Below, piece by piece: positions 12,127 through 22,766 of a stretch of DNA of 64,000 nt. The position numbers were made by a program, and so were the translations under genes. The first letter of the stretch is position 1. Each line of letters opens with the position of its first letter. Location: positions 191,891-255,890 of the forward strand of contig JBCBZT010000002.1 in assembly GCA_039815185.1 (NCBI GenBank), written 5' to 3'. Origin of the DNA: Cyanobacteria bacterium P01_A01_bin.123 (GTDB taxonomy: Bacteria > Cyanobacteriota > Cyanobacteriia > Phormidesmidales > Phormidesmidaceae). A model generated the notes under the pieces. The model had not been told where the DNA came from and searched no databases. It worked only from the letters and a program-made list of their open reading frames with translations.

Positions 12127-13262
12127 GTCAGACCATCACCGGTTCCAAATTTTCAACCCACCCCTACAGCCTTTACATTGAACGTTTACTGGCTGGAAAG
12201 GCCCTATTGCCAGACGGTGAAACCAACGTTCTAGAAGTTGTGGGAATTTTAGACAGCTACGGCGTTGTTTTGGATGCCTATTCTAAAAACCTGATTTATA
12301 TCGCTGAACACCAGTTCTTGAAGATATTTCCCTTTTTTAAGTATTTCAACGGTGAGGTCTCTTGGGGTAAACTGCTGCAGTATTGGTGGCATGATCGCAT
12401 CAACTACGAATACGCCGAGTACTGCATGAGAACCATGATGTGGCACGGCGGCGGTGGTCTGGATACCTATCTCGATACACCAGAATTTTCTAAGGCCTGT
12501 GAAGTAGCCATTCAGGCAAAACTCAAAGGCAATCCTTTCATGCAAGCCCTCCATCGGGTGTTCCCCGAATTTTTGCCGGAACAGATTCGGCAGTTGGCCT
12601 ATACCAGCGGTCTGGGTCAATTCTGGCGGGTGATGAGTGATATTTTCATGAGTCTGGCAGAGTGCTACAACCGGGGCCAAATCACAACGATTCCGCAGGT
12701 GGTTGAGCATATCAAGGCAGGCTTGGTCGCCGATGCCAGCAAACCCATCACCTACAGCGTTGACATTTTGGGGCAAGCTTACGATCTGCTGCCTAAATCG
12801 GCAAATCTAACCTTTCTGATGGATACAGGGGTGCCCTATGTAGAAGCCGTTTTTTTCCGAGGCACACCATTTTTGGGGACGGTCTCTTACAACGCCCAAG
12901 CGAACCAGATTTCTCCAGATCAAAGTCGGTTTGCCTATGGCGCACTCTATGCCGATCCATTGCCGATTGGCGGCGGTGGCATCCCGCCTACGCTGTTGAT
13001 GCAGGACATGATGCACTTTGTCCCTGATTATTTGCAGGCGTTTTACGATCAAACCACCCGTGGACAGGGAGACGTGCGGGTCAAGATTTGTCAGAGTTTC
13101 CAAAAATCCATGTTTTGCGTGACGACGGCAGCAATTATAGGGCTGATGCCTCACCCGGCAGATACGCAATCGCCGGAAGAACAGGTTGTGAATCGAAAGT
13201 ATTTAGAGGGTTGGCTCGATCGTTTGTCAACTTCTCGGTTAGAAGTGGTTCAGATCAGTTGA
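12123..13262 (+). CDS. cupB: CO2 hydration protein CupB (ChpX)
   Basis: HDRINYEYAEYC and GIPPTLLMQDM motifs; 379 aa, the shorter Cup form. Confidence 0.93.
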   Translation: MSQTITGSKFSTHPYSLYIERLLAGKALLPDGETNVLEVVGILDSYGVVLDAYSKNLIYIAEHQFLKIFPFFKYFNGEVSWGKLLQYWWHDRINYEYAEYCMRTMMWHGGGGLDTYLDTPEFSKACEVAIQAKLKGNPFMQALHRVFPEFLPEQIRQLAYTSGLGQFWRVMSDIFMSLAECYNRGQITTIPQVVEHIKAGLVADASKPITYSVDILGQAYDLLPKSANLTFLMDTGVPYVEAVFFRGTPFLGTVSYNAQANQISPDQSRFAYGALYADPLPIGGGGIPPTLLMQDMMHFVPDYLQAFYDQTTRGQGDVRVKICQSFQKSMFCVTTAAIIGLMPHPADTQSPEEQVVNRKYLEGWLDRLSTSRLEVVQIS

Positions 13263-13343
13263 ACGCATCAAATTTTGACGTTTCTCAAGGTTCAACGCAG
13301 TCATAATTTCGCTGCTGCCAAATCTTACCATCACGATAATTCC

Positions 13344-13871
13344 ATGATACGGAAATGTAGAGATAAAGACTTTGAATCTATCTTCGATATTATTAACGAT
13401 GCGGCAATTGCCTACAAAGATGTAATCCCAGCGGATCGGTGGCATGAGCCATATATGACCAAGGAAGAGCTTAAAACACAAATCGAGGATGGCGTAAGAT
13501 TCTCATGTTATGTCGATAATAATGAAATCATCGGCGTCATGGGAATTCAGGACAAGACGGATGTTGAGCTGATTCGTCATGCCTATGTCAGAACTAAACA
13601 AAGAAACAAAGGCATCGGAACACTTTTGCTTCGGGAACTGATCAAAGATTCAACAAAACCAATTTTGATCGGAACCTGGAAGGCAGCGACTTGGGCGATC
13701 AGCTTCTACGAAAAACATGATTTTTGTCTTGTTGATGAAGAAGAAAAGAACCGATTACTCAGGAAATATTGGGCAATTCCAGAACGTCAAGTTAAGACTT
13801 CAGTAGTCTTGGCAGATAAAAAATATAAGAATTCAGACAAACATAAAGAACCAAGAACAGCAAAATCGTGA
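13344..13871 (+). CDS. GNAT family N-acetyltransferase
   Basis: IRHAYVRTKQRNKGIG motif A and AISFYEKHDF; AT-rich and free of HIP1. Confidence 0.85.
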   Translation: MIRKCRDKDFESIFDIINDAAIAYKDVIPADRWHEPYMTKEELKTQIEDGVRFSCYVDNNEIIGVMGIQDKTDVELIRHAYVRTKQRNKGIGTLLLRELIKDSTKPILIGTWKAATWAISFYEKHDFCLVDEEEKNRLLRKYWAIPERQVKTSVVLADKKYKNSDKHKEPRTAKS

Positions 13872-14046
13872 AAGGATGTCCAACATTTATTGGTTCCCGA
13901 GGCGTCCTTGTTGAACGCAATCCTGGCGAAGTCCACATCACCCGCGGTTCCGCTGTCATCCAACATAATGATCCTAATGCAGCGACTGATGACAATTATT
14001 CTCGTGGTTTCAAAATGGTGCAACAAAAAGCCTTGTTTTTAGAAAG

Positions 14047-14627
14047 CTATTGATTAATCAATTCTGTCCCCTCATAAATCTGATCCAAAGAAATCTCGAA
14101 CTCAATTGAAGAGAGAACAAGCTCCTGAGTCCTATTGATATATTCCTTCAACAACCAATATCCTCAGAAGTTTTAGAAAAATGTTTCACAAGTACCTGAT
14201 ATTGATCAACCAAAACATATTCCTGAAACTCAGGAATCGTGCGATAGAAGTCAAACTTATCTCCCTGGTCATAATTTCGAGTGCTTTTTGACAGCACCTC
14301 AACGATCATTTGAGGATTCGTCACCGTATCTGAGCGCTCTTCGTAAAAAGCGGGTTCCCCAGCAATGACCATCACATCAGGATAGGTAAAGAGTTTACAG
14401 CTAGGTATCCATAGGCGCACATCACCAATAAAAACCTTGTAAGGTTTCCGCCGTAGGGCAAGCTTTAGGTAGGCATAAAAATTACCCGCAATATCGTTGT
14501 AGTCGGTAGTTCCGCCAGTCATAGGAACGACCTCACCATCTCGATACTCACTTTTGTAATCTGCTGTTTCTTCTAGCTTCAGATATTCTTTAGGGGTGTA
14601 ATATCGCTGCTGTGTTTGTGCTGACAT
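14047..14627 (-). pseudogene. Uma2 family endonuclease, frameshifted near 14160
   Basis: YPDVMV and VEVLSKST motifs. The missing C-terminus YWLLKEYINRTQELVLSSIEFEISLDQIYEGTELINQ* continues in another frame to about 14047. Confidence 0.75.
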
Positions 14628-14668
14628 ACATTACCTCTGTCGCCTCAGCAGAGTCTGATCGTTTCTGA

Positions 14669-15736
14669 TTAGTGAACGGACGCAATCTGCGATCGCCCCA
14701 CAGCATTCGCTAACTTCCGTAACATGTCAGCCGTGGTCTCAAAGTCAACACAGGCATCGGTGATGCTTTGACCATAGGTCAACTGACTTAGATCCTTAGG
14801 AATTGGCTGCTTGCCCGCAATCAGATGGCTTTCAATCATTACCCCAAGGATGTGCTTTGAGCCAGCAGTGAGTTGATCAGCCACGCTGTCGAGGACAGTC
14901 AGTTGGCGATTGTGATCTTTGTTGGCGTTGGCGTGGCTGCAATCAATCATCATCCGGGGATTGATCCCATCTTTGTTCAGGGCAGCGGCGGCTTGTTCCA
15001 CACTGTCGGCGTTATAGTTGGGGCCATGTTTGCCACCCCGCAACACCAGATGGCAGTCTGGATTGCCCGTTGTCGTCACGATGCTGGCTAACCCATGATG
15101 GTTGATACCTAAGAAATGGTGGGGTTGACTCGCCGCTAGCATGGCGTTGGTAGCGGCTTGTAGGCTACCATCCGTGCTGTTTTTAAAGCCAATGGGCATC
15201 GATAAACCGGAGGCCATTTCCCGGTGGGTTTGGCTTTCGGTCGTGCGAGCTCCAATGGCCGTCCAACTAATCACGTCAGCAATGTATTGGGGCGTAATCG
15301 GATCGAGCAGTTCGGTGGCGGCGGGTAGACCTAGATGAGCGAGGTCTAATAACAGCTTGCGGGCAAGCCGTAAGCCTGTGTTGATGTCGTAGCTGTTATC
15401 AAGGTGAGGATCGTTGATCAGGCCTTTCCAACCGATGCTGGTGCGGGGTTTTTCAAAATAGACCCGCATGACGATTTCCAAGCGGTCGGCGAGTTCTGCC
15501 CGCAGCTTCACCAGCTTCTCTGCGTAGGCATAGGCAGCGTCAACATCGTGAACCGAACACGGCCCGACGATCACCAGCAGACGACGATCTTCGTTGTAGA
15601 GAATATTGCGAATGCGATCGCGAGTTTCCGCCACTAGCGTTGCTGCTGCCTCTGTCGTTGGCATTTCATGGTGCAACAGCGCAGGGCTGACTAGGGGGCG
15701 GGTTTCAACGATGTGCAAATCTTGAGTTTTAGGCAT
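14669..15736 (-). CDS. Class I-alpha DAHP synthase (AroF/G/H family)
   Basis: GPCSVHD, YFEKPRT.IGWKGLINDP, IGARTTESQ.HR, DCSHAN and YGQSITDAC motifs. Confidence 0.95.
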   Translation of the reverse strand: MPKTQDLHIVETRPLVSPALLHHEMPTTEAAATLVAETRDRIRNILYNEDRRLLVIVGPCSVHDVDAAYAYAEKLVKLRAELADRLEIVMRVYFEKPRTSIGWKGLINDPHLDNSYDINTGLRLARKLLLDLAHLGLPAATELLDPITPQYIADVISWTAIGARTTESQTHREMASGLSMPIGFKNSTDGSLQAATNAMLAASQPHHFLGINHHGLASIVTTTGNPDCHLVLRGGKHGPNYNADSVEQAAAALNKDGINPRMMIDCSHANANKDHNRQLTVLDSVADQLTAGSKHILGVMIESHLIAGKQPIPKDLSQLTYGQSITDACVDFETTADMLRKLANAVGRSQIASVH

Positions 15737-15955
15737 TGGGATGATTTATCCGTGGCATTACAGTAGATGGGTGCTGACTGTTCTGTTCATAAGCAGCTTC
15801 AACTTTATTGTGGGGGTTAAGTCTGAAAAAATAAGCTTTTGTCCCAGAGGCTTTATCTTTTCTTTTTGTAAGCCTCGTTACAGATATTGTCATCTAATCC
15901 GGAGACCTTTTGCAGGCTAATGCTTCCCCACACCCAGGATTTCCTAACAGTCCCC

Positions 15956-16240
15956 CTACAGCCGGGCTTGGAAAGTTGCCCAATCCAGTCCTTGCTCTAG
16001 ATATTGAGGATTGTTTGGAGTATATGGACCTTGGAGGCGATCGATCGACTGAATCGTTGCCCCTATCGGCAGCACTGCTACATCCGGATCAGCCGCTGTG
16101 GGGCGCATAAGAGAGCTGGAAAATCCTCTGAAAATGATGATTTCATCGGCTTCTCCATCGATTTCTGCTTTGACTAACAATACCTCCTGGGGATAGCGGA
16201 GGGAGTATTGTTCGAGTTGTTGACCTGGCGTGAGTGTCAC
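15956..16240 (-). CDS. Conserved cyanobacterial hypothetical protein
   Basis: IIIFRGFSSSLMRPTAADPD...IDRLQGPY; commonly found beside DUF3177 genes. Confidence 0.75.
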   Translation of the reverse strand: MTLTPGQQLEQYSLRYPQEVLLVKAEIDGEADEIIIFRGFSSSLMRPTAADPDVAVLPIGATIQSIDRLQGPYTPNNPQYLEQGLDWATFQARL

Positions 16241-16279
16241 GGTAAATCCCTCAAACGTTATTGATCCGCAGGCAGGTAG

Positions 16280-16876
16280 CTATTGATTGATGGCGGTGCG
16301 TCCCTGCCGACCTAGGCGAAACATGACGAAATATCCTAGACACAATAAATAGACAATCAGCGCAGCGATGCCCAAAAGGCCTAAGAACCCAGCGGTTGTA
16401 TTGGCATGAAAATACTGCTTGTAAAGCAGGGGAGGCTGGAGCCAACTTTGGCAAACAGAACCCGCAAAAGCCAATCGAGAGAAGGCACACTGCATGTAAA
16501 TGGCCACAAAAAGGGTACCCACTATGTTGTACACAGTGACCGCCCAGCGCCAAGCAGTAAAGATAAATTTGAGGGGAGATTGGGGTTGCTCTCGAATTTC
16601 TTCATTAAGATCGGCCCAAAACCAAAGACTGATTGGAATCAAGACCCGCGCCATTAGCGCCGCAATAAAGCTGAAGGCAAATCCCCCAATCATTAGGTAG
16701 ACCGTAATCGCCAGCAGGCTAGCTACCTTCCAGTAAATTGAGAAGAGACGCTGAATGGCCTCGGCGCGTTTAACAAACGCCCAAAGGGATAATCCCAGTG
16801 GGATAAAAACGGTGAATAAAACAGCTAATCGATAATCAGCCCACACTAGGGGCAATAAAACTGAGGCATCGTACAT
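16280..16876 (-). CDS. DUF3177 family membrane protein
   Basis: VWADYRLAVLFTV, YWKVASLL and SLWFWADLNEEI motifs. Confidence 0.85.
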   Translation of the reverse strand: MYDASVLLPLVWADYRLAVLFTVFIPLGLSLWAFVKRAEAIQRLFSIYWKVASLLAITVYLMIGGFAFSFIAALMARVLIPISLWFWADLNEEIREQPQSPLKFIFTAWRWAVTVYNIVGTLFVAIYMQCAFSRLAFAGSVCQSWLQPPLLYKQYFHANTTAGFLGLLGIAALIVYLLCLGYFVMFRLGRQGRTAINQ

Positions 16877-16907
16877 GGGTGAATGGGCCTGAACAGGCTT
16901 ACACAGC

Positions 16908-16938
16908 AAAAAGGCTGAACCTATGTAAGTTCAGCCTT
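16908..16938 (-). terminator. Intrinsic terminator downstream of CP12
   Basis: AAGGCTGAAC-N8-GTTCAGCCTT stem with a T-tract on the minus strand. Confidence 0.65.
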
Positions 16939-17068
16939 GCGAATCATAGCCCTAAACTAGGCTTCAGTTTAGCCGTGGGCTAATGCGACAGATGATTAAG
17001 TGAGGAGCAGTCGCAGTGCTAAAGCTAAACCTTGGCCACTCAGGGGGAATCCCTAAAGGGGGCATGAT

Positions 17069-17290
17069 CTAGTTATCGTAAACGCGGCACTCGTCGGCAT
17101 CCGGGTTGTTGTCACAGTATTCCTCGAAAGAGGTTTTCTTCTTTTCTGAACGCTGGTGGGAGGCTTCAGCCTGAAGCTCTTCGACCGCATCCCAAGCGGC
17201 TGCGCACTCTTGAGAGCTGCCGCCGTTGACATCACAAGCCTCACGAGCCTGCTCACGTTCTTTTTCAATTTGTTGTTGAATATCGCTCAT
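17069..17290 (-). CDS. cp12: Calvin cycle regulator CP12 (both Cys pairs)
   Basis: CAAAWDAVEEL and YCDNNPDADECRVYD. Confidence 0.96.
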   Translation of the reverse strand: MSDIQQQIEKEREQAREACDVNGGSSQECAAAWDAVEELQAEASHQRSEKKKTSFEEYCDNNPDADECRVYDN

Positions 17291-17673
17291 AGACGTTAAG
17301 TGCTGTAACTGCTTACTAACTCGCCGAGGAACTTCCAGAAACCAACAGGCAGAACCTGCGGTGCAAAAATTCCTATCTTCATTAGTTTAACCACCAGAAC
17401 CGTAAAGCAACAGTGTGGGGAACCTCAAAAGTCTTAAATCATACCGTAGATATAGTCAGCCGTTGACATTAGTTGCCCGTTGAAAGGATGCCTAGGGGGC
17501 TAAATCAGACGTTAGACGGCTGCGTAGGAGCACGGTACACTTGAGCTTACTTCACGATACTCAACTCCAGGACGAGATCATCGCGCGCTACGGCTGGACA
17601 GGTATCCAATGGGTGCCTGGGTAACTCTGATATCAGGTGACGCTAACATTGCTATCGCGGAGGTAACTCCATT

Positions 17674-18924
17674 ATGACGACTCCAGGTCAAACCATGCAT
17701 TGGACTAGTGTCTTATCCACTCGGGCATCCCTCGAAACTGCTGTTAATGAAGTAGTTGAGCAGGCTCAGCGATCGCTAGAGGTGCTTCCGGATCTGGGCT
17801 TTGTGTTTATCTCCTCGGCTTTTGCTAGTGAATTTCCTCGGTTGTTGCCTTTGCTCCAAGAGCAGTTAGCCATTCCCACCCTGGTGGGCTGTAGTGGTGG
17901 TGGGGTAGTCGGGTGTGCTGACGATGGCTCTCCCACTGAAGTCGAAGATAAACCGGCTCTCAGTCTCAGCCTGGCTCATTTGCCCCAGGTTGATCTTCAT
18001 GCTTTTCATCTCTCTGCTGATGACCTACCCGATTTAGACAGCCCGCCGGATCAATGGGTAGAGGCTATTGGTGTTGCCCCAGACACTAATCCTCAATTTG
18101 TGTTGATGGCTGATCCCTACTCTCCTGGAATCAACGACTTACTTCAAGGGTTGGATTTCGCTTACCCCGGATCAGTTAAAGTAGGGGGCCTAGCTGGCAT
18201 TGGTAGTTTCAATAAAAGCAGCGGCTTGTTTTGCAATAATCGGCTCTACACCGATGGGATTGTCGGTGTGGCGCTGTCAGGCAACATTACCTTGGATGCC
18301 ATTGTGGCCCAAGGATGCCGTCCCATTGGTCAGCCTTACCGCGTGGTCGAGGGGGAACGCAATGTAGTGCTAAAACTCGACGACGGCACTGAGCAGGGTG
18401 TTCACTCGGTGCGACCGCCGATAGAGATTTTGCAGGAGCTGTTTGAAACCCTGAGCGAGGCTGATCGTCAACTGGCCCAGCAATCTCTATTCATTGGGGT
18501 CGAGCAAAGTGGCTTTAAGCCCACTCTGGGACACGGAGATTTTTTGATTCGCAATTTGCTTGGGGTTGATCCAAGGTTGGGGGCGATCGCGATTGGCGAT
18601 CGCGTCCGGCCAGGGCAGCGGGTTCAGTTTCACCTGCGCGACGCCCGCACCTCAGCCGAAGACCTTGACCTATTACTCAGTCGCTACCCGGCAGTTCCCT
18701 TAGCCAGTAATCCAACAGCGATGGGAGCCTTGATGTTTTCTTGTATGGGACGAGGCGAGGGCCTCTATGAAACCCCTAGTTTTGATGCCCACCTGTTCGA
18801 TCGCTATCTGAAGCAGGTTCCCCTTAGCGGCTTTTTCTGCAACGGTGAGATTGGCCCGATTGGTGGGACGACCTTCTTGCATGGGTATACGTCGGTTTTT
18901 GCCATTTGCCGCCAGCCTGATTAG
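17674..18924 (+). CDS. FIST domain signal transduction protein
   Basis: GCSGGGVVG, VAQGCRPIG and GFFCNGEIGP...LHGYT motifs. Confidence 0.92.
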   Translation: MTTPGQTMHWTSVLSTRASLETAVNEVVEQAQRSLEVLPDLGFVFISSAFASEFPRLLPLLQEQLAIPTLVGCSGGGVVGCADDGSPTEVEDKPALSLSLAHLPQVDLHAFHLSADDLPDLDSPPDQWVEAIGVAPDTNPQFVLMADPYSPGINDLLQGLDFAYPGSVKVGGLAGIGSFNKSSGLFCNNRLYTDGIVGVALSGNITLDAIVAQGCRPIGQPYRVVEGERNVVLKLDDGTEQGVHSVRPPIEILQELFETLSEADRQLAQQSLFIGVEQSGFKPTLGHGDFLIRNLLGVDPRLGAIAIGDRVRPGQRVQFHLRDARTSAEDLDLLLSRYPAVPLASNPTAMGALMFSCMGRGEGLYETPSFDAHLFDRYLKQVPLSGFFCNGEIGPIGGTTFLHGYTSVFAICRQPD

Positions 18925-19043
18925 GCGTTGAAAGAAAGAAAAGTAGTTTGGTGACCTCAGCCAGCGTTGATGATGGTTTTCAAGGTCATACCCGATCTGA
19001 AAATGCACCTTTGAGTCAAGAAATCCCAGTCAGGATAGGCCGC

Positions 19044-20210
19044 TTAAGCCGTAACAATCCCCTGCGCTGCCGCCCACTCCCCAAGATCCTGCTGCCCAAT
19101 TGCCGCCGCCATCAAATCCGGAAACTGATCTGGCGTACAGGCAAAAGCCGGACTACCCAAAGTCGCGAACCGAGCTGCGTTTTGATGGTCAAACATGGGT
19201 GCCCCATCGTCATTGAGCGCCAGCAGCGTAATTATCTGCACTCCAGAGGCAAGCAACGTCGCAACCCGCTTAAGCATCGCGTCAGTGTTGCCCCCCTCAT
19301 ATAAATCGCTGATCAATACCAAAATCGTTTCACTGGGTTGACGTACCAACCCCTGACAGTAGCTCAGCGCTTGATGAATATCTGTGCCGCCCCCCAGCCG
19401 CGTCCCAAACAGCACATCTACCGGATCTTGCAGCATCTCGGTCAAGTCCACCACAGCCGTGTCAAACACCACTAGATGGGTACTTACCGCTGGCAACGAT
19501 GCCAGCACTGCCGCAAAGATGCTGGCATACACCACCGAAGTTGCCATGGAGCCACTTTGATCGATGCACAACACGATATTGCGCAGGCTTGAACGCTTGC
19601 GACCATAGCCAATCAGGGTCTCGGGGATAATGGTGCGGTAGTCGGGCTGGTAGTGGCGGAGGTTAGCACGGATGGTGCGGTGCCAGTCAATTTCGTTATG
19701 ACGGGGGCGGCGGTTGCGAATGGCGCGATTGAGACTGCCCGCGATCGCTTGCTGCATCGGATTCTTCAACTTGCGCAGCAGCTCATCCACCACTTTTTGC
19801 ACCACCAGTCGCGCGGTTTCTTTCGTTTTGGCCGGAATCACGCTACCCAGGGAGATCAGGTTGGCCACCAAGTGTACATCAGCCTCAATCGCCTCCAGCA
19901 TTTCGGGTTCCAGCAGCATTTGGCGCAGATTAAGCCGTTCCAGGGCATCCTGCTGCATCACCCGTACCACTGAACTGGGGAAATAGTTGCGGATGTCTCC
20001 CAACCAGCGAGCTACATTGGGTGCTGATTTGCTCAATCCGCCCCTGCGATCGCCCGTTGAATCCGCATCATAGAGCGCCGATAGTGCCTGATCGATCGCG
20101 GTATCGATGCTGCCCAGTTGAAAGCCTCCCTCAGTGCCAATACCATCCGCGTCTTGTCCACCCAAAATCAGTCGCCAGCGGCGCAGTCGCTCAGTTTCAA
20201 ACTCTGTCAT
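19044..20210 (-). CDS. VWA domain protein (YehP/CoxE-like)
   Basis: RRWRLILG, MIDAS motif DQSGSM, GGGTDI and ISDLYEG. Confidence 0.9.
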   Translation of the reverse strand: MTEFETERLRRWRLILGGQDADGIGTEGGFQLGSIDTAIDQALSALYDADSTGDRRGGLSKSAPNVARWLGDIRNYFPSSVVRVMQQDALERLNLRQMLLEPEMLEAIEADVHLVANLISLGSVIPAKTKETARLVVQKVVDELLRKLKNPMQQAIAGSLNRAIRNRRPRHNEIDWHRTIRANLRHYQPDYRTIIPETLIGYGRKRSSLRNIVLCIDQSGSMATSVVYASIFAAVLASLPAVSTHLVVFDTAVVDLTEMLQDPVDVLFGTRLGGGTDIHQALSYCQGLVRQPSETILVLISDLYEGGNTDAMLKRVATLLASGVQIITLLALNDDGAPMFDHQNAARFATLGSPAFACTPDQFPDLMAAAIGQQDLGEWAAAQGIVTA

Positions 20211-20277
20211 GACATAGCCTTCAACATGATTTAGGAGGTCGCTTTTTCAAGAGATTGGTGGAGCTGTTCAACACGGG

Positions 20278-20357
20278 TCGATCCCCCCTAGCCTCCCTGC
20301 AAAAAGGGGGAACCGGACTCAAAGTCTCCCTTCTCAAGGGGGATTTAGGGGGATCGA
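20278..20357. repeat. Cyanobacterial small dispersed GC-rich palindromic repeat
   Basis: TCGATCCCCCCTA...CCC/GGG stems...TAGGGGGATCGA; it supplies the stop codon of the DUF5682 gene. Confidence 0.7.
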
Positions 20358-22763
20358 TGCTGATCTGTTTTCACGCTTTGATGTTTCAAATGGGTTCTGC
20401 TCAGACCCGAGCAGCAATTGAGCAATCAATGGCAGTACTGTTTCAGCGCGATCGCGATCGAAGCGATCGCCCCCATCAATCCCTACAGGTACCTCAATCG
20501 AACCGCCCTGCCGGACTTTTTCACCCATTTGGCGACGCTCTGGAGCAGTAAATGTGGCAAAGGTGCGGCGTAGCAGCGGCAACAGCGTCGTGAACGCCCC
20601 CTCATTCAACGTCACAATCCAGCGATCGAGCACTGTCCAAATGGCATCGTCATGGAGCAACAGCAAACCACTGCCCTTCAAAAAACCTTCGATCCACGCC
20701 GATGCCTGCACCAAATCGCTAGCCGTCGACAGGGCAAAGCTGAGACGACGAGCAGCTTCCTCTGAGTCAATTTGATCGTCGTCGAGCAGCAACCGACAGC
20801 AGCGTCCCGCGAGTAAGCCGTGCAGATCGACTTGATCCGCCAGTTTCGTTAGGGTAGCCAACCAGTTTGCCTGATGCTCCGCGTTTTGTAGTAGCTTGAT
20901 TGCCCGGTGGGTTCCCATGAGATGCTGATCCATCGCTGCCGCTGCATCATCGTCTAGAGAGGCACAAGCCCCGGGTAAACCAATACAAATGCGGAGCACT
21001 AAGCCATGCACCACAGGGCGCACGATCGCGCTATCGGTTTGACGTACGTTGCTGTAGCGCAGAATGTTGGCCAAGGTTGGTAGGGCAGTCATCAGGTGAG
21101 CAATGTCGCTGGCGACAGTCGCGATTGCCTGCAGTTGGCGCATTAACAGCGGCATCGCCTCAGTGAGTTCTGCTAGCAGTACCTGATCAAGCAGGGCGGT
21201 CAGCGTGGGCAAGTCCGAACTCGATTCTGCCTGGGTGATTGCAAAGGCAGTAGCTGCTGTTTCTACCGTGTTGCCCCAGCGCGAGGCTTCGATGATGGCA
21301 ATGGCAAATTCCGGTTCCCAACATAGCCGCCATCCTTCTCTAAATGTGCCTGTGCTACTGGTATGGCTGGGGATGCCCCAGGCAATCTTCAAAATAGTGA
21401 GGCGGTGCAGCAGATGCGATCGCGCCAAGTCATTTTCTTTCCGCAAATCCAGTTCCAGCAACTTTTCACTCGCTTCGGGTTTGAGGCGTAACCGCTTTTG
21501 TAACACCTGTAAGTCTTGCTGTAGGGGCACAATCGGGGCATCTTGGGGAACGGTGCCTAAGCGATCGCCCACGATCAATTTGTCGTGGATCAGGCGCATC
21601 GGGGCGCGATCGCCAAAACACAACACCGCTTGGGTGGCTTCGTTGAGTTCATCAAGGCTGGGCAGGGGGCGATCGCGCAATGCCGCCAAAGACTCTGCTA
21701 ATCGTACGGCTTCAATCACGCTAGCTGATGACGCATCGATATCTTCTTGTCTGAGCAACTGCGCCACCTGCGTCATCCAGCGAATCGCAATTTGATCGCC
21801 ATGGTGCCATAGATGGTGATACCATCCTGGCGACTCTACCCCTGCCCCATAGCCACTGGTGTAGGACAGTCGTCCATAGCTCCAGGGCACCCAGGTGGCT
21901 TTTACCTTGAGCTTGGGTAACCCTTTGAGCAGCGCGTTGTCTTGTTTCACAGCAGGCGTAGTGTTGAGAACGGGCGCGTGCCAAGCACCACAAACCACGG
22001 CAATATTTTCGAATCCCTCCTTTTGAGCCTGGCGAATAACACGCCGCATATAAGCTTCTCGCTGGGCTTCGCGTCGATCTTGGGGATGGTTAAGAGCGGG
22101 CGGATCAACGGCATCGACTTCTGTGCGTAGGGCTGTCATCGCTTCTAAGATAGCGGCGAACAGGTCAGTGCCATCTTGCCGCTGCTCCACGATATGCTCC
22201 CACCAGCGTTCGCCATCGGTATAGCCTGCGGCTTCAGCCAACCACGACAGGGGATCTCGACGAATTTTGTGGATCAAGGGCGAGGTCATGTCACGCGGCT
22301 GCTTGCCATCGACATCGTCAGCTATCTCGGGTACTGCTGGGGCTGCCTCAGAATCAGGGGATGATAAGTAGTTAACTGGGTTTTCACCTGTGGGCTCAGA
22401 TAGCATTTGCGGAGAATCAGCCGTTGCTTGGGCCGCTTCTATTGCCTTTTGCTGAGCAAACTGGTGGGTCTGGGGTAGATCCATAAACCGCACCGGAATG
22501 TTTTGAGACAAGCCATACTGAATCGCTTGCCACTCTGGAGAAAAGCGCGCAAAGGGGTAGTAAGCTGCCCACTTCAGCGCATCGAGGGCATAAATCAATA
22601 GGGCAACAGGCGGTTGCAACTGGTTGTGGGCGATCAGTGAGATAACACTGTCTCCCTCAGGTGGCCCTTCCACCAGCAAGATATCAGGCTGCATGGCGGC
22701 TAAAGCCTGCCTCAGACTCCGCGCCGACCCTGGCCCATGGTGACGAATGCCAAAGACTTGCAT
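20334..22763 (-). CDS. DUF5682 (YehM-like) protein
   Basis: FGIRHHGPGSAR, VVCGAWH and GYGAGVESPGWY motifs. Confidence 0.88.
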   Translation of the reverse strand: MQVFGIRHHGPGSARSLRQALAAMQPDILLVEGPPEGDSVISLIAHNQLQPPVALLIYALDALKWAAYYPFARFSPEWQAIQYGLSQNIPVRFMDLPQTHQFAQQKAIEAAQATADSPQMLSEPTGENPVNYLSSPDSEAAPAVPEIADDVDGKQPRDMTSPLIHKIRRDPLSWLAEAAGYTDGERWWEHIVEQRQDGTDLFAAILEAMTALRTEVDAVDPPALNHPQDRREAQREAYMRRVIRQAQKEGFENIAVVCGAWHAPVLNTTPAVKQDNALLKGLPKLKVKATWVPWSYGRLSYTSGYGAGVESPGWYHHLWHHGDQIAIRWMTQVAQLLRQEDIDASSASVIEAVRLAESLAALRDRPLPSLDELNEATQAVLCFGDRAPMRLIHDKLIVGDRLGTVPQDAPIVPLQQDLQVLQKRLRLKPEASEKLLELDLRKENDLARSHLLHRLTILKIAWGIPSHTSSTGTFREGWRLCWEPEFAIAIIEASRWGNTVETAATAFAITQAESSSDLPTLTALLDQVLLAELTEAMPLLMRQLQAIATVASDIAHLMTALPTLANILRYSNVRQTDSAIVRPVVHGLVLRICIGLPGACASLDDDAAAAMDQHLMGTHRAIKLLQNAEHQANWLATLTKLADQVDLHGLLAGRCCRLLLDDDQIDSEEAARRLSFALSTASDLVQASAWIEGFLKGSGLLLLHDDAIWTVLDRWIVTLNEGAFTTLLPLLRRTFATFTAPERRQMGEKVRQGGSIEVPVGIDGGDRFDRDRAETVLPLIAQLLLGSEQNPFETSKRENRSASIPLNPP

Positions 22764-22766
22764 GAT

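Noticed and set aside
17300..17670. Long CP12-FIST intergenic region as a possible ncRNA or riboswitch
   Set aside because: No recognisable motif or convincing stems; an Rfam search would be needed.
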